This document shows positions 57,202-64,000 of a DNA stretch of 64,000 nt, piece after piece. The translations under genes were made by a program, and so were the position numbers. Positions within the stretch are counted from its first letter, which is position 1. Each line of letters begins with the position of its first letter. This DNA comes from an uncultured Trueperaceae bacterium (GTDB taxonomy: Bacteria; Deinococcota; Deinococci; Deinococcales; Trueperaceae), in contig CAWFFU010000012.1 of assembly GCA_963815215.1 (NCBI GenBank), positions 64,001 through 128,000 on the forward strand, written 5' to 3'. The notes beneath the pieces were generated by a model, which was given only the letters and a program-made list of their open reading frames with translations, ran no database searches and was not told where the DNA came from.

Positions 57202-57847
57202 GACGGTACCCTCCCGGCAGCGTGCGGATGGCGTCCGGAGCCAGCTTGCTGCGGAGCCGGAACACGTAGGTCCGGACGACGTAGGTGCCGGACGAGGCGT
57301 TGGGGAAGTGGCGCTCGGCCAGCTCCTGAACCGGGTAGGCGCGTTCCGGGTGGAGGGCGAGCGTCTCCAACAGCGAGAACTCGCGATCGCTCAGCTCGAC
57401 CCCGACACCGCCCCAGCTCACCGAGCGCGCCCGGAAGTCGATCTGCAGCGGGCCCCGTTCCAGGAGCGCCGTTCGCTGCTCGCCGTCGCGACGCAGCAGC
57501 GCACGGACGCGCGCCAGCAGCTCTTCGGCGTGGAAGGGCTTGGCGAGGTAGTCGTCGCCGCCGAGATCGAGCCCTTCGACGCGATCCTCGATCGCGTCGC
57601 GGGCGGTGAGGAACAGGATCGGGATGCCCACGTGGGTCTCCCGCAAGGCGCGGGCGAAGCCGAAGCCGGCATCCTCCGACTCCGGGAACATGACGTCCAG
57701 CACGATCAGATCTGGCTCGTTCTCGGTGAGCGCCAGGTAGGCCTCGTCGATGCTCGGCGCCCACCTCACGTCGTAGCGTTCGGCGCGCAACAGCGCGCTC
57801 ACCGCACGGGAGAGGTCCACTTCGTCGTCGACCAGGAGGATGCGCAT
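57188..57847 (-). CDS. OmpR-family response regulator
   Basis: MRILLVDDE, LDVMFP, FLTARD, GGDDYLAKPF, LSDREF, LRSKL; alternative in-frame ATG at 57946 has an aggag RBS. Confidence 0.92.
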   Translation of the reverse strand: MRILLVDDEVDLSRAVSALLRAERYDVRWAPSIDEAYLALTENEPDLIVLDVMFPESEDAGFGFARALRETHVGIPILFLTARDAIEDRVEGLDLGGDDYLAKPFHAEELLARVRALLRRDGEQRTALLERGPLQIDFRARSVSWGGVGVELSDREFSLLETLALHPERAYPVQELAERHFPNASSGTYVVRTYVFRLRSKLAPDAIRTLPGGYRLGVP

Positions 57848-58326
57848 GCTCGCGCCTACCCTTCGCCCACGAGCGCCTGCGGTCGGCCGGTCGCGGCCAG
57901 GTCGAACACGGCCAGGCCGCTCCCCTCCATGATGCCACGCACGCATACACGGCTCCTATCCGCCTGCACCACCGGCATCGGCAGCGGATATGGCGTAGAT
58001 ATACGGGCCGGGTAGGCTGCTTCCCGGAGTTCGGCCGCGCGAGCGAGTCGAACCGGCATGACCCCCCCACCGAGGGTGGATGTGGCCCCCGGGCCCGCCC
58101 AGGCCCGCTGCGGTCCCCGCCTCCAGAAGGGCTCGGAACGATGTTCCGGGCCCTTCTTCCGTGGTCTCGAAGCACGCCGCAGGGAATCGGTCAGAACGAG
58201 CCCTCCCGACCCGCGCGGCGCAGCGAACGGGATACGTGCCGACCTCGCCCGGTGGCACGTGCCCCACTCGGAAGGCCGTGGACCGCTCCGGCGGTTGCGT
58301 TGAACGGACCGTACCCATCGTGGGAC

Positions 58327-59250
58327 CTACAGGGTCTCCACGACCACCCTGGGAAGCAGGGCCTCGACCTCCCCGCGATCGCAGAGCTCCGTGCCCGGCG
58401 TCATCGCCGTGGCGGTCCCGCACGCCACGCCGAGCCGCAGCACGGTCTCCCAGGGGTCGCCGTCGACCGCGGCGACCAGAGCCCCCGCAAGCATGGCGTC
58501 GCCCGCGCCTACCGCCGAATCGACCGTCACGCGCGGCGCGTAGGCGTGCAGGGCGCACTCCTCCGTGACCAGCACCGCTCCCTGCGCGCCCAGGCTGGTG
58601 AGCACGGCGGTGATCCCCTGTCGTATCAGCGGCTTGGAGGCGGCTACGGCATCCTCGCGCGTGCCCACCTGTTTGCCGGAGAGGCGCTCCAGCTCGTAGC
58701 GGTTCGGCTTGATGAGGTAGGCGCCGATCTCCACTGCCGCCAGGAGATCGTCACCGTCTGCATCGATGGCAACGCGGATGCCGTCGGCCATGGCGCGCCG
58801 GGCCACGTTCGCGTAGAAGTCGCGGGGGATGCCCGGCAGGCGACTGCCGCAGAGCGCGAGCACGTCGGGGGAGCGGAGGTCGAACAGGCTCTCGACGAGT
58901 TGCTCGACGTCCTCGGGCGAGGCGGACGCGCCCGGTCCGGACACCCGGATCTGGTGGTTGCTGGCGTCCTGCACGATGGCGTTGGTCCGGGTGGCGCCGG
59001 CGATGTGGGTGAACCAGGTGCGCACCGCTTCGGCCTCGAGCCGCTCGAGCAGCTCCTCGCCCGCGCGCCCCCCCACGAAGCCCATGGCCACGGTGGGGTG
59101 ATCGAGCCTGGCCGCCACCCTGCTGACGTTGATCCCCTTGCCCCCCGGGGACCGCAGCACCTCGTCCGCCCGCACGGTGTCGTCGAAGACGATCTCGGAC
59201 ACCCGGTAGGTGAGGTCCAGCGCGGGATTCACCGTCACCGTGTGGATCAC
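58327..59250 (-). CDS. 1-phosphofructokinase-family (PfkB) hexose kinase
   Basis: TVTVNPALD, PGGKGINVS, IKPNRYE, SLGAQGA, SAVGAGDA. Confidence 0.92.
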   Translation of the reverse strand: MIHTVTVNPALDLTYRVSEIVFDDTVRADEVLRSPGGKGINVSRVAARLDHPTVAMGFVGGRAGEELLERLEAEAVRTWFTHIAGATRTNAIVQDASNHQIRVSGPGASASPEDVEQLVESLFDLRSPDVLALCGSRLPGIPRDFYANVARRAMADGIRVAIDADGDDLLAAVEIGAYLIKPNRYELERLSGKQVGTREDAVAASKPLIRQGITAVLTSLGAQGAVLVTEECALHAYAPRVTVDSAVGAGDAMLAGALVAAVDGDPWETVLRLGVACGTATAMTPGTELCDRGEVEALLPRVVVETL

Positions 59251-59388
59251 GGGTCGAGCATAGCAGCGCCCCGACGGCGTTCCCAGGGACGTTCGCCCAC
59301 TCGGACGCAGGCCGGGGCCGTCGCCGACGGGGCTACCGGGGCCGCGTAGCGTCGATGGGCCCGCCCGTCGCGCGACCCCGATCCGGCG

Positions 59389-60279
59389 TCAGCCGCCGCG
59401 CATCACCCGGATGCCGGGCGCACGCGAGACGAGCTGCTCGCCGTCGTCGGCGTGGCGCCAACCCAGGGCCATGGACGCGCTGTTGAAGCCGAAGGCGAGA
59501 CGGCCGTCGGCCGCGACCAGGATGATGCCGCCCTCGCCGCCGAAGCGGACGAGCGCGTCGAGCTCCTGTCGCAGCGCCCGTTCGACATCGTCGCCGGCCG
59601 TGATCCGGTCCGCCAGCGACTTCGCCGTGACGCCGCGGATGAACGCTTCGCCCGTGCCGGTGCAGGACACCGCGACGGTCCCGTTGGCATAGGTCCCGGC
59701 GCCGATCAATGGGGTGTCGCCGATGCGCCCGGACCACTGGCCGAGCATGCCGCCGGTGCTCGTCACCGCCGCCAGCCGGCCGTCGTCGTCGAGAGCTACG
59801 GCCCCGACCGTGCCGCTCCCGCTGGGAGGAGCGTGGCGCGCGCGCCAGGTCTCCCAACGGGCGCGAGTGCGGGGGGTGAGCAAGCGCTCGTTGGCTACCG
59901 GGTCGCGCACCAGCGCCTCGGCGCCATGGGCCGCCAGCAGCACGTGCGGCGTCTCGGTGCGGACGCGATCGGCGAGTCGGGCGACGAACGGCGTGTTGCG
60001 CACCAGGGCGACCGCGCCGCTGCTGCCGTCGGACAGCATCACGGCAGCGTCCAGCTCCACCGTGCCCTCGCGGGTCGGGGCGCCGCCGACGCCGGCATTG
60101 AAGGCGTACTCATTCCCCTCCATCGCGCTCACCGCGTCCAGGGCGGCGTCCAGCGCGCTGCCGCCGCCCCCGAGGCGGGCATGACCCGCGTCGCAGGCGG
60201 ATGAGAGGCCGGTGACGGTGTCGTTCTCGACGTCGGCGGCGATGGCGCCGGCGCCGCCGTGCAGCAGGAGGATGGCCAT
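59389..60279 (-). CDS. iaaA: Isoaspartyl peptidase/L-asparaginase (Ntn hydrolase)
   Basis: HGGAG, FNAGVG, ELDAAVM, GTVGAVALD (catalytic Thr), TSTGG, GRIGDTP, CTGTGE. Confidence 0.92.
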   Translation of the reverse strand: MAILLLHGGAGAIAADVENDTVTGLSSACDAGHARLGGGGSALDAALDAVSAMEGNEYAFNAGVGGAPTREGTVELDAAVMLSDGSSGAVALVRNTPFVARLADRVRTETPHVLLAAHGAEALVRDPVANERLLTPRTRARWETWRARHAPPSGSGTVGAVALDDDGRLAAVTSTGGMLGQWSGRIGDTPLIGAGTYANGTVAVSCTGTGEAFIRGVTAKSLADRITAGDDVERALRQELDALVRFGGEGGIILVAADGRLAFGFNSASMALGWRHADDGEQLVSRAPGIRVMRGG

Positions 60280-60353
60280 GCACTACGTTACAACCGCGTT
60301 CCGGCTACCGTGGCCTCTGCGGTCGCGGGCCCGGCGACGGTAGACTGGGCGCC

Positions 60354-60845
60354 ATGCGGCTGCTGCTGTTCTACCTGGTGCTGGTCATCGCGCAAGGTTT
60401 CCTGGCGGCCCTGATGACCCCGATCCCCACCCCGGACCTGTTCATGATCGCCGTGCTGACGCTCCTGTGGCGCATCCAACCGTGGCAGCTGGTGCTGCTG
60501 GCGTACGGCGTCGGGCTTCTGCAGGACGTGATGGGTGCCGGCGTGCTCGGGATCCACGCCTTCGCGCTGGCAGGCGCGGCACTCGCCGCCAGCATCGTGC
60601 GCGCGCAGCTCACGCAGTCCGGACCGTTCGAGCGCAGCCTGGTGATCCTGTCGGCGGAGGCGGGCAAGTGGTTGGTGCTTGCGCCGCTGCTGGTCTGGCT
60701 CTCGGGCTCCGCTGAGTCGCTGGTGCGCATGGCGGCCGTGGCGTCGGTCGAGACGGTGCTGACGGTGGCCGCAGGGCTGCTGCTGCTTCCCTGGGGCTCG
60801 GCGCTCTTGCAGCGCAGTCGGTTGCTCCGCAAGGAACTGCTGTGA
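60354..60845 (+). CDS. mreD: Rod shape-determining protein MreD
   Basis: Hydrophobic; PDL and GLLQDV...LGIHA motifs; precedes PBP2. Confidence 0.82.
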   Translation: MRLLLFYLVLVIAQGFLAALMTPIPTPDLFMIAVLTLLWRIQPWQLVLLAYGVGLLQDVMGAGVLGIHAFALAGAALAASIVRAQLTQSGPFERSLVILSAEAGKWLVLAPLLVWLSGSAESLVRMAAVASVETVLTVAAGLLLLPWGSALLQRSRLLRKELL

Positions 60846-62647
60846 ATGGCCGCAGCCGCCTGATCCTGGCGGTCATCCTCACGGTGCTGGTGATCTTCAC
60901 CGCGCGGTTGATGTACCTTCAACTCGCCATGGCCGAGGAGTTCACGGCGCGCAGCGAGCAGAACGCCACCCAGCAGAAGCCCATCACGCCGCTCCGGGGA
61001 CGCATCCTGGCCGCCGACGGAACGGTGCTGGCCGACGACCGCATCGCCTACGATCTGATGTACCGGGGCGGGCCGATCCCACAGTGGCCCCGCTTGCGGC
61101 GCCTGCTGGGCGTCTCGGGGGAACCCAAGCAACCCGATCCCACCGACGCGCAACAGGTGAGGGACGGCGTCGCCCTGGCGTGGAACATCCCCGACCGGCT
61201 GGTGCCTGCCATCGAGGAACGGGTGGCCGGCCACCCCAACCTCTACCTGCGGCAGCGCATCGAACGCACCTACCCCACCAACCTTGCCGCCCAGACGGTG
61301 GGGTACACCACCCAGGCCGATCCCAAGCGCTTCCCGGGCTACACCGTTGACGATCTGGTCGGTGTGATGGGCATCGAGAAGAGTTACGAGAAGGCGCTGC
61401 ACGGCACCGCCGGAGCGCGCCTCATCGAGGTCGACAACCTCGGCAACGTGGTGCGCTCCACCCTGCTGTGGCCGGCGCGTCCGGGCGAGGACGTGACCCT
61501 GACGCTGGACCCCAAGCTGCAGCGACTCGCCGAGGACACCTTGAAGTCGGCCCTCAGCTACGTCAACAAGGATCGCGACCGCGTCGGGCTTCCGCACGCC
61601 AAGGAGGTCCACGGCGCGATCGTGGCGGTCGATCCACGCAACGGCGACATCCTGGCCCTGGCGAGTGCGCCGACCTTCGACGAGAACGTGTTCACCCACC
61701 TCCCGGTCGATGCCAACGCCGTCAACAGCATCCTCCAGGACGCCACCAACCGGCCCCTGGAGAACCGGGCTATCCAGGCGTACCCGCCGGCCTCGACGTT
61801 CAAGATCATCACCGCCTACACCATGCTGGAGGACCGCTTCATCAACCCCGGCACCACCTTCGATTGCGGGGCCGACATCCGCTACGGCGGCGTCACCTTC
61901 CACAACTGGGCGAACTACGACAAGGGGTTGTACAACGTCGCGCAAGGGATCGCCGACAGTTGCAACACGTTCTTCTGGAACGCTGCGATCACCACCCCGA
62001 ACTTCGCGGCGGGATGGAACGGGTTCATGCAGGACGAGGTCGACAACGCCCGACGTCTCGGCTACGGCAAGCCGGTAGGTGTCGGCCTGCCCAGCGAGGA
62101 GGCGGGTCGCGTCCCCGACCTGCAATGGGTGCGTTCGCAACCGCAGTACAAGCACGGCTGGCTCCCCGGCTTCACCCTCAACACCATCATCGGGCAGGGT
62201 GACACGCTGGCCACGCCGGTGCAGCTCGCCCAGCTCATCAGCACCGTCGCCATGCACGGAGCTGAGGCGAAACCGCACCTGGTGGCCAAGGTGGGTGACA
62301 CGGTGGTGCCGCCCGACATCCGCCAGATCGAGGGCTCGTCCTGGGACAGCCTGATCGGGGGCATGCGACTTGCGTTCACCGACTTCCCGGAGAAGTGGTT
62401 CCTGGGCCCGAGCGTGTTCCCCGATAACGTGAGCGTGGCGGGGAAGACGGGAACGGCACAGACCACGCGAGGCAACAATTGGACGCACGCCTGGTTCATG
62501 GGATTCAGTCCCGTCAAGGACCCGAAGATCGCCATCGTGGTATTCCTCGAATACGGCGGCGCCAGTTCCTACGTGTCGGTCCCTGTCGCGCGGGACTTCC
62601 TGGCGGGGTACTGGAAGCTGCACGGCGTGGAGGTGCACATCCCCTGA
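60842..62647 (+). CDS. mrdA: Penicillin-binding protein 2 (class B)
   Basis: RGRILAADG, STFK (SxxK), SCN, KTGTAQ, HAWF. Confidence 0.92.
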   Translation: MNGRSRLILAVILTVLVIFTARLMYLQLAMAEEFTARSEQNATQQKPITPLRGRILAADGTVLADDRIAYDLMYRGGPIPQWPRLRRLLGVSGEPKQPDPTDAQQVRDGVALAWNIPDRLVPAIEERVAGHPNLYLRQRIERTYPTNLAAQTVGYTTQADPKRFPGYTVDDLVGVMGIEKSYEKALHGTAGARLIEVDNLGNVVRSTLLWPARPGEDVTLTLDPKLQRLAEDTLKSALSYVNKDRDRVGLPHAKEVHGAIVAVDPRNGDILALASAPTFDENVFTHLPVDANAVNSILQDATNRPLENRAIQAYPPASTFKIITAYTMLEDRFINPGTTFDCGADIRYGGVTFHNWANYDKGLYNVAQGIADSCNTFFWNAAITTPNFAAGWNGFMQDEVDNARRLGYGKPVGVGLPSEEAGRVPDLQWVRSQPQYKHGWLPGFTLNTIIGQGDTLATPVQLAQLISTVAMHGAEAKPHLVAKVGDTVVPPDIRQIEGSSWDSLIGGMRLAFTDFPEKWFLGPSVFPDNVSVAGKTGTAQTTRGNNWTHAWFMGFSPVKDPKIAIVVFLEYGGASSYVSVPVARDFLAGYWKLHGVEVHIP

Positions 62648-63207
62648 TGAAAGCGCGAGGAATCCGGGGCGGGATCTTGCTCAGCCTCGAGGAGACGGAT
62701 ACCCAGGAGGCGCTCGACGCCACGCTCGCTTCCCACGCCGAGTTGTTGCAGGGGAAAGTGGCGCTGGAGGTCGCGGGGAAGGTGCCCTTCGACCTCGTCG
62801 AACACACCGTGGAGACGGTGCGCGAGGCCGGTGGCAGCGTCACCGACGTTCGCCCGCCCACGACCGTGATGCAGGCGCGTGGTGAGACGGTCATCGTCGC
62901 CCGCACGGTCCGGAGCGGGGGTCGCATCGAGTCGACCGGCTCGGTGGTGGTCCTGGGCGACGTCAACGCCGGGGCCGAGATCATCGCCAACGACGACATC
63001 ATCGTGGTCGGCACGCTGCGGGGGCTCGCCCACGCCGGCGCCGGCGGGAACGACAAGGCCGTGGTCTGGGCCGAGCGCATCCGGAGCCCGCAGCTGCGCA
63101 TCGGCAGCGCCGTGGCGCAGGCCGGGGAGGACACGCAGGCCGGCGACGGCCCCGAGGTGGCTCACCTGAAGGACGGCGTGATCCTGCTGCGGCCCTGGAA
63201 CAGCTAG
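62647..63207 (+). CDS. minC: Septum site-determining protein MinC
   Basis: TGATG overlap; TVRSG, GDVNAGAEI, LRGLAHAGAGG, QLRIG. Confidence 0.9.
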   Translation: MKARGIRGGILLSLEETDTQEALDATLASHAELLQGKVALEVAGKVPFDLVEHTVETVREAGGSVTDVRPPTTVMQARGETVIVARTVRSGGRIESTGSVVVLGDVNAGAEIIANDDIIVVGTLRGLAHAGAGGNDKAVVWAERIRSPQLRIGSAVAQAGEDTQAGDGPEVAHLKDGVILLRPWNS

Positions 63208-63268
63208 CGGGCCCCCCGCGGGGGCGTATCGATCCGCCCCCGGAGCGGGGCATGAGGGAGCATCAACC

Positions 63269-64000
63269 GTGCGTGACGTCGTGATCACCACCGCTATCCG
63301 GACCCCGGTGGGCCGCGCCCACAAAGGCCTTCTCAAGGACACCCGGCCCGACGATCTCGCCGGCCTGGTGCTGGCCGAGGCGCTGAAGCGCACGCCCGGG
63401 CTGGCACCCGAGCGGATCGACGATGTACTGCTCGGCAACGCCCATCCCGAAGGGGAGGCGGGCTACAACATGGCGCGCATCGCCGCCCAGATCGCCAACC
63501 TTCCCGACAGCGTGGCCGGGGCCACCATCAACCGCTTCTGCGCCAGCGGGCTACAGGTGATCGTGCAGGGAGTGCACTCGGTCGCCAGCGGCATGAACGA
63601 CGTGGTCTTCGCCGGCGGCAGCGATTGCACCAGTCGCGTGCCGATCGGCGGTCGTGACGTGGCCGTCAACCGCGCCCTGATCGGGCGCAAGCCGGGTGCG
63701 TATCACAGCATGGGGCAGACGGCCGAGGAGGTCGCCCGCCGTTTCGGGATCACGCGCGAGGAGCAGGACCGCTTCGCGCTGAGCAGCCACCGCAAGGCGA
63801 TCGCCGCCCGCAAGGCCGGCAAGTTCGACGGCCACGTCATCCCCGTTCCCACGCGGGTTCAGGACCCGGAGGGCGCCTGGCACGAGGTCGTTCTCGAGCA
63901 CGACGAGGGCCCGCGGGAGGGCACCAGCCTCGAGACGCTGGCCGGCCTGCGCACTGTGTTCGCCGACGACGAGGCGGCTACCGTCACGGCCGGGAACTCC
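63269..64000 (+). CDS. Acetyl-CoA C-acyltransferase (thiolase), 3' truncated
   Basis: MRDVVITTAIRTPVG, RPDDL, TINRFCASGLQ, MGQTAE, EQDRFALSSH, DEGPR, TAGNS. Confidence 0.92.
   Translation, partial: MRDVVITTAIRTPVGRAHKGLLKDTRPDDLAGLVLAEALKRTPGLAPERIDDVLLGNAHPEGEAGYNMARIAAQIANLPDSVAGATINRFCASGLQVIVQGVHSVASGMNDVVFAGGSDCTSRVPIGGRDVAVNRALIGRKPGAYHSMGQTAEEVARRFGITREEQDRFALSSHRKAIAARKAGKFDGHVIPVPTRVQDPEGAWHEVVLEHDEGPREGTSLETLAGLRTVFADDEAATVTAGNS

Noticed and set aside
57856..58059. 67-aa ORF upstream of the response regulator as a gene
   Set aside because: No recognisable motif, and it overlaps the regulator's alternative start region; not supportable without homologs.
1..64000. tRNA/rRNA genes, riboswitches, IS elements, integrases, phage or defence genes
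   Set aside because: None recognised by eye; an Infernal/tRNAscan run would be needed to exclude small RNAs.

Overview
High-GC bacterial chromosomal segment, most likely Deinococcota (Thermus/Truepera-like), judged from the RnpA sequence and layout and many apparently leaderless genes. Contents in order: (1) 3' end of gatA; (2) an ~11 kb ectoine/hydroxyectoine uptake and catabolism island (divergent eutD/doeA-like hydrolase, GntR regulator, PLP gamma-lyase, homoserine dehydrogenase, aldehyde dehydrogenase, ehuABCD, eutB, eutC); (3) a four-gene chaperone-usher-like surface fibre operon with a divergent SARP-like regulator; (4) rpmH-rnpA-yidD-yidC-jag plus a DUF2419/Qng1 queuosine-salvage gene; (5) malEFG with two GH13 enzymes; (6) prmC, lspA, large NAD-glutamate dehydrogenase, hemW; (7) two tandem Ig-like lipoprotein paralogs, one heavily frameshifted; (8) a second sugar ABC transporter, an RNA methyltransferase, a degenerate M23 protein, an AI-2E transporter, ftsK, a GT4, a peroxiredoxin, a two-component system, a pfkB-type kinase, iaaA, mreD-mrdA-minC and a partial thiolase. 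No tRNA, rRNA, CRISPR array or transposase was recognised. The best candidate for an undescribed system is the ectoine island: it lacks the canonical deacetylase (EutE/DoeB) and DABA transaminase (Atf/DoeD) and instead carries a gamma-lyase, homoserine dehydrogenase and aldehyde dehydrogenase, suggesting an alternative route via homoserine. The second candidate is the chaperone-usher-like pilus with 11-bp-periodic repeats in its promoter. All family calls come from motif recognition by eye; no searches were run.
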